From sequence record OR228459.1: DNA of 64,000 nt, one strand, 5' to 3'. The translations under genes were made by a program, and so were the position numbers. Below, in pieces: positions 45,238-54,255 of this stretch. The notes beneath the pieces were generated by a model. That model saw only the letters and a program-made list of their open reading frames with translations. It was not told the origin of the DNA and made no database searches. Positions within the stretch are counted from its first letter, which is position 1. Every line of letters begins with the position of its first letter.

Positions 45238-45829
45238 GAAAAAACATAAAATGGGTGTATTACACGTTGAACCACATATTCCAGAACCATATCGTACTGG
45301 AAATACTATTGTGGCGAATTGTTACGAAAAACGCGAAGAGATTTCTAAAGGTCTAATAGCAATTTGCACTTGTGTAGACTACAAGACCAAGAAAGGACAA
45401 TTGGTATCTGGATATGTACTTTCCATTAAGTACGAACAAACTGCTGAACGTCTTCCAAATACATCTGACCTACTAAACATGACACTGAAAGAAGTTGAGT
45501 ACTGGTGCTCTCCTGAAATCGAAAAAGAAGAACCAGCATTCGTTAAGAACATGGCACGTCCAGTTTATCAGCGTAAGTTTAAAGAAGCACACAAGATTCA
45601 CCGCACAAAATTAAAGTTGACACTCAACCCGATTTTGCGTAAAATACAATTCTGGACAAATGAACCATACGTTATCGCATCTAAGTTCAATAACGGTGAA
45701 TTTGTCTCATATACTATTCAGCGTGTAAAATACAGTAAGTACCCAGAACTATCCCGACGGGAAGTTTATAACTTTGAAGTGAAAAATCCTATACTTAAAA
45801 CTATTAAACATGTTTTTGGAGTGAAATAA
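45224..45829 (+). CDS. hypothetical protein
   Basis: GGAG SD before a TTG start (MTDSKK). Confidence 0.7.
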   Translation: MTDSKKKHKMGVLHVEPHIPEPYRTGNTIVANCYEKREEISKGLIAICTCVDYKTKKGQLVSGYVLSIKYEQTAERLPNTSDLLNMTLKEVEYWCSPEIEKEEPAFVKNMARPVYQRKFKEAHKIHRTKLKLTLNPILRKIQFWTNEPYVIASKFNNGEFVSYTIQRVKYSKYPELSRREVYNFEVKNPILKTIKHVFGVK

Positions 45830-47037
45830 TGGCAGAACTAATTAAAGAAGGTCGTAAACTAGTAACCATTCGTAAAATTAATGCTATCGACCCAATTGAG
45901 GGTGCTGATATGATTGTGAAAGCTACAGTTGATGGGTGGGATGTTGTTGTTAAAAAAGGTGAGTTCAATGTTGGTGATTTCTGTGTATTTCTAGAAATTG
46001 ATTCTTTTGTTCCTGTTGAAACTCCACAATTTGCATTCCTAACTGGTAGTGCGGATAAAATTGATGAAACTGGAGTACGTCGCTTCCGTCTACGCACCCG
46101 CAAACTTCGCGGAGTTGTAAGTCAAGGTCTAGCACTACCAACTTCTCATTTCCAGAATGAACTAGGACTAATTGCGGAATCATTAGAAGTACTAGAAGAA
46201 TCTCGTGATGGTATTGAGCAATTTCTAAACGTAACTAAGTATGAACGTCCTGATGAGCGTAATGGTGGAACTGGTGCACAGAAATGTAAGAGTGCTGGAA
46301 ACTTCCCAATTACCATTCCAAAAACTGATGAAGATCGTATTCAGAACGTATTTGGTAAGTTCTCACAAACTATGAAAGGTGTTGGCTTCCGTAAGTCTCT
46401 AAAACTAGATGGTTCTAGTCAGACTATTGCATTCTTTAACAATCCTAATTTCTTTGTTGAAAAAGTAGATGAAGAAGTACATGCGTGGAATGAAGAAAAA
46501 CAAGAACTAGAAATTGTGGAAGTTAAACCATATCCTTTCCAGTGGGCTGAATCTCAAATTGTGGTATGTTCTCGTAACCTAGCACTAAAATTTGATGCTG
46601 AATCTCACTTCTGGAAAGCAGCCCTAAAAGATGATATCCCTGCTCGCCTTAAAGAGTACTGTGAACGTCATGACCGCCAGCTTGCCCTCCAAGGCGAAGT
46701 TATGGGGCCGGGTATTCAAGGCAACCGCGAAGAACTAGAAGATCATCAGTTTTATCTATTCCGTGTGTGGGATATTGATAACAAGTGTTTCCTTGACGAT
46801 GCAGAATTTCAAGAATTAGCATCACTACTAGGCTTGACAACTGTCCCACAAGGTGATATTGTATATTTCTTTGATGAGTATGAGACTATTAAGGATGCAC
46901 TAGCATCTGCGGAACATGCTTCTATCAAACACAAAATCGCTGAAGGTGATGTATATAAGAGCGTAACTAAGGTAAATGGTCAAACTATTCACTTTAAAGT
47001 TATCAACAATAAATTCCTTCTAAAATGTGAAGACTAA
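45829..47037 (+). CDS. ATP-dependent RNA ligase, DRB0094/Rnl5 family
   Basis: N-terminal RKLVTIRKI..I.PIEGAD...VVVKKGEF..GD.CVFLEIDS; motif I KLDGSS; QGEVMGPGIQGN; FKVINNKFLL. Confidence 0.88.
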   Translation: MAELIKEGRKLVTIRKINAIDPIEGADMIVKATVDGWDVVVKKGEFNVGDFCVFLEIDSFVPVETPQFAFLTGSADKIDETGVRRFRLRTRKLRGVVSQGLALPTSHFQNELGLIAESLEVLEESRDGIEQFLNVTKYERPDERNGGTGAQKCKSAGNFPITIPKTDEDRIQNVFGKFSQTMKGVGFRKSLKLDGSSQTIAFFNNPNFFVEKVDEEVHAWNEEKQELEIVEVKPYPFQWAESQIVVCSRNLALKFDAESHFWKAALKDDIPARLKEYCERHDRQLALQGEVMGPGIQGNREELEDHQFYLFRVWDIDNKCFLDDAEFQELASLLGLTTVPQGDIVYFFDEYETIKDALASAEHASIKHKIAEGDVYKSVTKVNGQTIHFKVINNKFLLKCED

Positions 47038-47230
47038 GATGCGTAAACTATTGAATATCTATTGTGCTGGTGCACCAAATTATTTTATCTATGGTGTATC
47101 AGAAGATTTGGATACGTATTGCTTGATTGATAACCAGTACTGGATTATTGCTTCAATGGATATTTCCCGTGAAGAGTTATCAAAAATGATATTGGTTGAT
47201 AAAGGACGGATGTGTAACGTTCAAAACTAA
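47027..47230 (+). CDS. hypothetical protein
   Basis: ORF. Confidence 0.55.
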   Translation: MKTKMRKLLNIYCAGAPNYFIYGVSEDLDTYCLIDNQYWIIASMDISREELSKMILVDKGRMCNVQN

Positions 47231-47240
47231 AAAAAAATAC

Positions 47241-47289
47241 GCAGTTTGTTTCAAAAACTTGGGACAAACTGCTTTTTATGTGCTATAAT
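47241..47289 (+). promoter_or_regulatory. terminator hairpin overlapping a GGGACA-class promoter
   Basis: GCAGTTTGT...ACAAACTGC plus T5; GGGACA 47261-66, 17 bp, TATAAT 47284-89. Confidence 0.7.
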
Positions 47290-47351
47290 TAAATCATTAA
47301 GAAATGAGTCAACACTCAAACCTAATTATCCATTTCTGAGAGGTAGAATAT

Positions 47352-48869
47352 ATGTCCTTTAAACAAGCAGTTAATAATATGAACGTAAAAGCTGAAGATA
47401 ACGTGAGTAGCACCGCAAACGGTGCAGTATCTCTAGCGAGTTCACTAAACCCACTAGTTGATCTATTTGCAATCCTAGGTTCTGTTCGTGGTAAAGACTT
47501 TTCTACCTTTGAGAATCTTTTCGAACAAGCATATTCTATAAACCGTAAGCTAACGCTACAAATGGTTTTATGGTTACGTGATGTTCGTGGTGGTGCTGGT
47601 GAGCGTGAAACTACACGTCAAATCCTTCTCCATCTAGAAGCAAAACACCCACAAGATTTGATCGATATTATCCCTGTACTTGCAGAGTATGGTCGTTGGG
47701 ATGATCTATTAATCTTTACTATGCCTACTCTAAAAGAGATTGCATATAAAACCATTGCTGAAAATCTAAAAGCTGGTAACGGGCTTTGTGCTAAATGGAT
47801 GCCTCGCGTATATAAACTCAAAAAGAGTAAAGATGGTTCTGTAAACAAAGAATCTGTTGCAAACGTTAACCGTATCGCTAACAATCAAATTGCTCGTGAG
47901 CTAATGCAGGTGATGGGTCTTAACGAACGTCAGTATCGTAAACTACTATCTTCAACTAGTAATACAGTTGAACAAAACATGTGTGCTAAAGATTGGTCTA
48001 ACATTGAGTACTCACATGTACCTTCTGTTGCAATGAACCGTTATCGTAATGCATTTATGCGTAACGATGAAGAACGTTTCACTACGTTTGGTCAGAAAGT
48101 CGCGAGTGGGGAAGTATCGGTGAATGCAAGTGCATTATTCCCATATGATATTACGACCAAGATTCGTGGCGAACTTGATCCAGTACTAGTAGGTCAGTGG
48201 GATTCTCTACCGGACTATTTGAACGGAAGTAAAATTCTACCAATGTGTGATACCAGTGGTTCAATGGGTGTTAGTGCAGGTGGTGGTAAAATGTCATGTC
48301 TAGATGTGGCAAAATCACTAAGCCTATATACGGCTGATAAGCAAAAGGGTGCATTTAAGGATGTATTCTTGACTTTCAGTGAAGAACCAGATTTGTTTGT
48401 ACTTGAAGGTAATAACATCCATGAGAAATATCATGACCTTTGTCATTATGAAAATTATGAGTATTGGGGTGGTTCTACTGACATTGGTAAAGCATTTGAC
48501 AAAGTACTAGAAGTTGCTGTGAAGCAAAATGTACCACAAGAAGATATGCCAGAGTATCTAATCATTTATAGTGACATGGAGTTCAATGAAACTTATTGTG
48601 ATGGAAACAATGGTAACTGGAGTGTAACCGCACATGAATATGCGAAAGCTAAATTTGCTGCTGCTGGTTATGAACTACCGCATGTTATCTTCTGGAACTT
48701 GAACGGGCGTGTTGGAAACAACCCTGTTCGTTTCGATGAAACAGGAACGGCTATGGTATCCGGGTTCAGTCCTGCTGTACTAAAAGCAATTCTATCTGGT
48801 GAGCAAGTAGATCCTGTATCTATTATGCTAGCAGCCATTGATGTGCCACGTTACAAGGTCATCGCATAA
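47352..48869 (+). CDS. DUF2828 (TROVE-like helical + vWA) protein
   Basis: WLRDVRGGAGER, YGRWDDL, CAKWMPR, YRKLLS, VPSVAM, MCDTSGSM, SDMEFN, IFWNL, VSGFS. Confidence 0.85.
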   Translation: MSFKQAVNNMNVKAEDNVSSTANGAVSLASSLNPLVDLFAILGSVRGKDFSTFENLFEQAYSINRKLTLQMVLWLRDVRGGAGERETTRQILLHLEAKHPQDLIDIIPVLAEYGRWDDLLIFTMPTLKEIAYKTIAENLKAGNGLCAKWMPRVYKLKKSKDGSVNKESVANVNRIANNQIARELMQVMGLNERQYRKLLSSTSNTVEQNMCAKDWSNIEYSHVPSVAMNRYRNAFMRNDEERFTTFGQKVASGEVSVNASALFPYDITTKIRGELDPVLVGQWDSLPDYLNGSKILPMCDTSGSMGVSAGGGKMSCLDVAKSLSLYTADKQKGAFKDVFLTFSEEPDLFVLEGNNIHEKYHDLCHYENYEYWGGSTDIGKAFDKVLEVAVKQNVPQEDMPEYLIIYSDMEFNETYCDGNNGNWSVTAHEYAKAKFAAAGYELPHVIFWNLNGRVGNNPVRFDETGTAMVSGFSPAVLKAILSGEQVDPVSIMLAAIDVPRYKVIA

Positions 48870-48877
48870 GTAATAAC

Positions 48878-48902
48878 AGCCCCATACATTTTGGGGCTTT
48901 TT
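48878..48902 (+). terminator. intrinsic terminator
   Basis: AGCCCCA-TACATTT-TGGGGCT plus T-run. Confidence 0.8.
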
Positions 48903-48918
48903 CATACAAGGACTAAAT

Positions 48919-49059
48919 ATGAAAAATGTACGTAATTTTCTCTTCGCTTCGTACCTTAACTTTCAGGTGTCGATGAAATTAAATCCTATTTTAACTGTTG
49001 CACTAGGTGCAATGTGTGTGGTATTCTTGTTCTCAATCTTATCAATATTTGGACTATGA
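48919..49059 (+). CDS. small membrane protein (not in the ORF track)
   Basis: AAGGA SD; MKNVRNFLFASYLNFQVSMKLNPILTVALGAMCVVFLFSILSIFGL. Confidence 0.55.
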   Translation: MKNVRNFLFASYLNFQVSMKLNPILTVALGAMCVVFLFSILSIFGL

Positions 49060-49060
49060 C

Positions 49061-49477
49061 ATGAAAGAATACATTGAAATTGAGGGTGTAATTCGTTATG
49101 ATCCTCCACGTGTTGGTATGAAAAAGAACACGGATTTTTGGTGTATTCTTGAACTACCACACGAACTAGTAAAGTACTACCAGTACTTCGTGAAAACTGA
49201 TTTACATATCCCACTAGCAGATCCTTCATGGGGAGCACATGTTAGTATTGTACGTGGAGAAACACCACCAAAACCAGAGTTATGGAAAAAGTATGATGGT
49301 AAACGTGTGAAGATACGTTATTATCCTTATATTCATGTGAAGAAAGATCCGAAGAAAGCTGGATTGTACTGTTTTATTGATTTTGAAGTCCCGTTCTTTC
49401 GTAAAATCCGAGCAGAGCTAGGATTACAATCAAAATACACTTTCCACTTCACTATAGGAAGAACACATTATGACTGA
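49061..49477 (+). CDS. second 2H phosphoesterase
   Basis: WGAHVSIVRGE and FHFTIG (HxS/HxT). Confidence 0.7.
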   Translation: MKEYIEIEGVIRYDPPRVGMKKNTDFWCILELPHELVKYYQYFVKTDLHIPLADPSWGAHVSIVRGETPPKPELWKKYDGKRVKIRYYPYIHVKKDPKKAGLYCFIDFEVPFFRKIRAELGLQSKYTFHFTIGRTHYD

Positions 49478-50042
49478 GTATCGATACTGCTTGATGTATT
49501 CGGGTCAGCCGATTGAAGGTTTTTCGAGTTCCAACGGATATCCTATCTTTTCAGTACATGATAAGGTAATGCCAACATTATCTTTCACATCATTTGAAAG
49601 TGCACAAAGCTGTTTAGAATACATGTTATTAGAATCATTCAATACATTTACTATTGCTGATTTAGATTATAATAAATTGTCAGTTGGTATGATTGAAGTG
49701 AAATTCAATCAAATGTCACATATATCTGCATTTGATTCTATGTTCAAAAATGCATTGCTCGCAAACAATACAATAGCTTTAGCTAAAATTTTACATAAAT
49801 GTGTTCAATGTGGGTTTAGAAAAATTCTACCCATGCATTGCGAACAGTTATTGACAAATCCACAAATATTAGAGATTTACGAAAAGAATGTCCCTTACTA
49901 TGTGCAACAAAACATGGAAAGGTTCATGGATGTTGGAATTAGTACTTGCACTCCAGAAGAGTTTGGTGCTATAATTCTTACAACACCTGATGAGTTGCTT
50001 ACAGAGATTCAATTAGATAGATATAATAAAGTTTCGAAATAG
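49470..50042 (+). CDS. hypothetical protein
   Basis: AGGA SD. Confidence 0.7.
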   Translation: MTEYRYCLMYSGQPIEGFSSSNGYPIFSVHDKVMPTLSFTSFESAQSCLEYMLLESFNTFTIADLDYNKLSVGMIEVKFNQMSHISAFDSMFKNALLANNTIALAKILHKCVQCGFRKILPMHCEQLLTNPQILEIYEKNVPYYVQQNMERFMDVGISTCTPEEFGAIILTTPDELLTEIQLDRYNKVSK

Positions 50043-50143
50043 TCATTTGACTAGTGTAGAAAGTCCAAAGAGGCTTTGTGCAGAACTTGGCCTCACTGAG
50101 TGTCCAGAATGTACGGAGCTTCCACAACAAGAAGGAGAAATCA

Positions 50144-51067
50144 GTGAGAGCGTTACAAGAACTCAAAACTTATGTAATAGTAGGTTTTCTGTTACTTGCC
50201 GCTGCTATTGGATTTATTGGTTATAACAAAAATGATAGTACACCGTCATCGAATTTAGGTGTACAACAAAAACCACAAGTTATTCAAATTCAAAAGCAAC
50301 CGCCCGTTACCACATTGCCTATCCAAAGGGCAACGGTGTATAAGACGGAAAGCAGAAAACAGTATGTTGTACAAAAAGGTGATACCTTTTGGGTAATTGC
50401 TCAAAAGAAGAAACCTGATAACGTAGAAATGTATCCATACATTGACGTGTTTAAAAAAGTCAACAGGGGTATTAAAGTACTACATGTTAATAAAGAAGTA
50501 CAACTACCAAATGAGAATGATTTGAAGTCGGTTATTCTACCTGATGTGAAAATTCATTTTGAGATTTTAGATCAAGAAATAATTAACCACATCAAACAAG
50601 CTGAGGGTTCTAAAGAATCCCAAGCGACATTAAAAAGAAAACTACTAGGTGGGGTTACTGGCCCATCTTACAAGAATTCCAAGTTCTATCCTTACAAGGA
50701 TATGAAAGGTAACTATACTATTGGGTATGGTCACTATCTTGGAAAAAAGGATTCCGATGCAATCAAGTACAAACATGGTATTACTGAACGTGAAGCACAG
50801 AGGATGTTAGTAAAAGACATGAAACGTACTTATGATGACTTCACTTTACTATTGCAACGGAAGAATGCAGTTAACCTATCAAAAGAGCAACAACGTTTAT
50901 TATATGAAATGGCATTTACTTTAGGTGTTGACAAATTATCCACTTTCGAAAAGATGTGGACGAGTGTTAAACATGGTAATGATGTTAAATTTAAAAAAGA
51001 AATAGAAAATTCTTTGTGGTTCCGTCAAGTAGGTAAACGTGCACATATATTAGTTGATAATTTGTAA
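50144..51067 (+). CDS. membrane-anchored LysM + phage-lysozyme (GH24-like) protein
   Basis: AAGGAG SD with GTG start; TM helix; YVVQKGDTFWVIA (LysM); IKQAEG...YKDMKGNYTIGYGH; FTLGV. Confidence 0.8.
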   Translation: MRALQELKTYVIVGFLLLAAAIGFIGYNKNDSTPSSNLGVQQKPQVIQIQKQPPVTTLPIQRATVYKTESRKQYVVQKGDTFWVIAQKKKPDNVEMYPYIDVFKKVNRGIKVLHVNKEVQLPNENDLKSVILPDVKIHFEILDQEIINHIKQAEGSKESQATLKRKLLGGVTGPSYKNSKFYPYKDMKGNYTIGYGHYLGKKDSDAIKYKHGITEREAQRMLVKDMKRTYDDFTLLLQRKNAVNLSKEQQRLLYEMAFTLGVDKLSTFEKMWTSVKHGNDVKFKKEIENSLWFRQVGKRAHILVDNL

Positions 51068-51071
51068 TAAT

Positions 51072-51094
51072 AGGGATGATCTACATCCCTTTTT
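51072..51094 (+). terminator. intrinsic terminator
   Basis: AGGGATG-ATCTA-CATCCCT plus T-run. Confidence 0.8.
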
Positions 51095-51107
51095 AATTGG
51101 AGATGAT

Positions 51108-51724
51108 ATGGTTAATGGGTTTGGTATATATGATGGTGATTATGTTGGTAAAAACACCACAAATAAAATATATCAAGTATGGAGAAGTATGATAAAACGT
51201 TGCTATTCTAAAAACGTAACAGAATCATACAAAAACACAACAATACACGATGAATGGAAATATTATTCATCTTTTGAAAAATGGTATAATAATAACTATA
51301 AAGAAAATTATTCATTAGACAAAGATATAATAGGTGGTGAATTAAATCAATATTCATCAAGAACTTGTGCATTTGTGCCAAGAGAAGTAAACAATTGCAT
51401 TTTAGATAGCAACACTATTGGTAGTAAATATCCAATTGGCGTGTCATATCATAAAAAAGAAAAGATATGATTAATGAATATGCTAAACCATATTATTCAC
51501 AGATAACAAAATATAATAAAAGAATTTTTCTTGGTTCGTATTCTACTCCAGAAGAAGCTCATAGAGCATGGCAATATGCTAAAAAAGAATACATTGAAGA
51601 AATTATCACAAAATATTACAATGATGTTAGTTCGGAAATCATAGAAGGTTTGAAACGAAGAATAAAAATACTTGATAATGATATAAAATGTGGTAATATA
51701 ACCAAAACGGTTAATAAAATTTAA
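51108..51724 (+). pseudogene. HNH homing endonuclease with AP2-like C-terminus, split by a 1-nt frameshift near 51460
   Basis: ORF1 YQVWRSMIKRCY..EWKYYSSFEKW..LDKDII..TCAFVP.EVN; ORF2 (-1 frame) YSQI..RIFLGSYSTPEEAHRAW. Confidence 0.7.
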
Positions 51725-51735
51725 AGGAGTTGTGT

Positions 51736-52056
51736 ATGATTAATATTCAAGGTATCAATTTAGATGTGACTGACGCATTACGTGAACATGTTGAGCACTG
51801 TGCTGCTAAATTGAATAAATTCAACACAAAAAACGACCTTAACCTTAAAGTCAATCTTACTGTAACGGCTAAAGATACATTTGATGTTGATGTAATCGTT
51901 GTTGGTAAGAGCATCACTGGTAGTGCAGCAAGTGATAATATGTATGATGCTATCACCGTAGCTTTTGAGAACGTAGAAACTATTCTATCCCGGCACAAAG
52001 GTAAAGAACTAGCGAAACGTCATCAAAAAATTGACTTGACAGAATCTGACGAGTAA
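51736..52056 (+). CDS. hpf: ribosome hibernation promoting factor (HPF/RaiA family)
   Basis: INIQGINLDVTDALREHV...KL.KF...SDNMYDAI..AF..VE..L.RHKGK. Confidence 0.85.
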   Translation: MINIQGINLDVTDALREHVEHCAAKLNKFNTKNDLNLKVNLTVTAKDTFDVDVIVVGKSITGSAASDNMYDAITVAFENVETILSRHKGKELAKRHQKIDLTESDE

Positions 52057-52064
52057 CGTATAAT

Positions 52065-52094
52065 AAAGGACATTCAAATGAGTGTCCTTTTTTT
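52065..52094 (+). terminator. intrinsic terminator
   Basis: AAAGGACATTC-AAAT-GAGTGTCCTTT plus T-run. Confidence 0.85.
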
Positions 52095-52106
52095 ATTGGA
52101 GATACC

Positions 52107-52517
52107 ATGAAAGACGATTTGATCATTGTACTAGAAGATATTAAGCAAAGTGAAGTAAAAGGAATAGAACATGGATGGAAAAGGTTATCAGACCATGTAA
52201 CGGTAGCCTATTATCATCCTAGTACTGTATTTTTGTTTTCTTTTGTTTATCAGGATAACGAAGCCACATATAAAGATCAATTTCGTGTATATAAAAAGAA
52301 AATTATCTATACGAACTATATAATTGATAATCGTCAAGTGCCGTTTACAACAAAATGCAAAGAAGTTCATATTCGCAATAATATAAAGAGTGAAGAAGAG
52401 TACTTTCAAGAAAGTACATTATACGATTTGAATGGAATAGTTTACGATGATTACATTTATATCCAACAAATATCAGATGAAATTAGTAAATGGATGGGAG
52501 ATTTGTGGAATGATTGA
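52107..52517 (+). CDS. hypothetical protein, FQxS-motif family
   Basis: IKSEEEYFQESTLYDL. Confidence 0.75.
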   Translation: MKDDLIIVLEDIKQSEVKGIEHGWKRLSDHVTVAYYHPSTVFLFSFVYQDNEATYKDQFRVYKKKIIYTNYIIDNRQVPFTTKCKEVHIRNNIKSEEEYFQESTLYDLNGIVYDDYIYIQQISDEISKWMGDLWND

Positions 52518-52917
52518 TAACAAAAACATACAATCAGTACTTACCCATCTTCAGAATAATGATCTTTTGTATAATGCTGATGATTGGGAAAAAACCAATA
52601 GTTTAACAGAAGTATATGTAAACACCTTTGCACATAGAATTACCATAAACATTCATGTACCTGATGATAATACTTTAAGGGGAATTGCATTTTATTTGTT
52701 TAAAAACAAATTTGTATATATCTCTTACTATAACATTGATACAGCCACTTTGAAATGTGAAAAATCAAGAGACGTATCGATCCGTTCTGACATTGAAACT
52801 GAGGAAGAATTTTTCCAAGAGTCTTGTATTTCTGATTTAAATGATTTAGAATATTCAAACTATAAACTCCTTCGTGAAATAATTGATATGAACGAAGATT
52901 TTTTATGGAGTTCCTGA
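52510..52917 (+). CDS. hypothetical protein, FQxS-motif family
   Basis: GGAG SD; IETEEEFFQESCISDL. Confidence 0.75.
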   Translation: MIDNKNIQSVLTHLQNNDLLYNADDWEKTNSLTEVYVNTFAHRITINIHVPDDNTLRGIAFYLFKNKFVYISYYNIDTATLKCEKSRDVSIRSDIETEEEFFQESCISDLNDLEYSNYKLLREIIDMNEDFLWSS

Positions 52918-52918
52918 T

Positions 52919-53062
52919 ATGATACATGTACTAGAAGAAGATTGGGGTGTCAGCGATGATGATTTACGTCCAGACCGACGAACGGAATGGAATGAAGATG
53001 AATTGCGTGACCATCGTTCTTTATGGGAACGTGTAATAGATTGGTTAAATCAAAAATTCTAA
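52919..53062 (+). CDS. small acidic protein (not in the ORF track)
   Basis: GGAG SD; MIHVLEEDWGVSDDDLRPDRRTEWNEDELRDHRSLWERVIDWLNQKF. Confidence 0.55.
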   Translation: MIHVLEEDWGVSDDDLRPDRRTEWNEDELRDHRSLWERVIDWLNQKF

Positions 53063-53073
53063 TAGGAGTTAAA

Positions 53074-54198
53074 ATGAAAAAATATATTGTAGGTGGTTTC
53101 TGCCGTGATAAACTACTTGGTCTAAAGCCTAAAGATAAAGATTATGTATTAGTTGGTGCTAATCAGAAAGATATCGACTATCTCATTTCACAAGGCTACG
53201 AACAAGTAGGTGCTGATTTCCCTGTGTTCCTGTCTCCACAAGGTGATGAGTATGCTCTCGCACGTGTAGAACGTAAATCAGGTTCAGGTTACAAGGGTTT
53301 CACTGTTGAAACCGAAGGAGTAACTATTGAGCAAGATCTATTTCGTCGTGATTTGACAATTAACGCAATTGCATACGATCCAGTATTCCAGAAACACGTT
53401 GACCCATACAATGGCAAGACTGACCTAGCAAACAAAGTACTACGTCATGTTAGTGAACACTTTGCGGAAGACCCACTTCGTGTACTTCGTCTCGCACGGT
53501 TTGCTACACGTTATAGTGATTTTACTATTCATGAAAGTACAGAAGAAATGGTACGTAATATGGTATCCAGTGGTGATATTGATTCTCTAACACCAGAGCG
53601 TGTGTATGTAGAATTTGAAAAAGCATTTACTGAACGTCTTCCTAGTACTTTCATCTTTCATCTTAAAGCGTGGGGTGCTATTAAACGCCTCCTACCGGGT
53701 TTGGAGCGTTTTTCTAAGGCAGACGGGGAAACCATCAATAAATTTGCTACGTTAAGCACAGAGGCTTACACAGCGGATTTCATGTGGTCTTACCTACTAA
53801 GTCTAACCACGGCTGAGATCAAGAAAGATTACACTGTCGGTCAGATTAAACTACCTGCACGTTTTGTGAAGTTTCATAATTTCATTAAAACGCATGAAGA
53901 AAGTATTAAAAACTTCAGGAAGAAAACACCAGAACAGATGGTAGATATTCTTTCTAAGATGAATATTCATAATAACGGCGGTGAAGCATTCCTATACAAA
54001 GTACTTGAATACTTTAATATTCAGCGTGAAACTGATGGTGAATTAGAAGACCTAATTGTTAAAGTTTATGATCGTTATGAAAATACGGTTATTGGTGATA
54101 TTGATGCAATGGTCAAAGACGGCTTACTAGAGCCTAAAGAAATACGTTCCTACGTAGCAAACTTGCGTACTGTTGAGGTTGCAAAAATGTTCGCATAA
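53074..54198 (+). CDS. cca: tRNA nucleotidyltransferase (CCA-adding class II)
   Basis: YIVGGFCRD.LLG..PKDKDYV, VGADFPVFL, EYALARVERKSG.GY.GF, DLFRRDLTINAIA, EDPLRVLRLARF. Confidence 0.93.
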   Translation: MKKYIVGGFCRDKLLGLKPKDKDYVLVGANQKDIDYLISQGYEQVGADFPVFLSPQGDEYALARVERKSGSGYKGFTVETEGVTIEQDLFRRDLTINAIAYDPVFQKHVDPYNGKTDLANKVLRHVSEHFAEDPLRVLRLARFATRYSDFTIHESTEEMVRNMVSSGDIDSLTPERVYVEFEKAFTERLPSTFIFHLKAWGAIKRLLPGLERFSKADGETINKFATLSTEAYTADFMWSYLLSLTTAEIKKDYTVGQIKLPARFVKFHNFIKTHEESIKNFRKKTPEQMVDILSKMNIHNNGGEAFLYKVLEYFNIQRETDGELEDLIVKVYDRYENTVIGDIDAMVKDGLLEPKEIRSYVANLRTVEVAKMFA

Positions 54199-54201
54199 AT
54201 C

Positions 54202-54231
54202 TGGGACAAAAACATGAAAATGTGATATACT
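54202..54231 (+). promoter_or_regulatory. GGGACA-class promoter
   Basis: TGGGACAAAA...TGTGATATACT, 17-bp spacer. Confidence 0.7.
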
Positions 54232-54255
54232 ATAGGTATCTGATGATTTATTGAG

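Noticed and set aside
50043-50143. GC-richer leader of the LysM-lysozyme gene as a riboswitch
   Set aside because: Only a short GAGGC/GCCTC stem; no riboswitch consensus recognised
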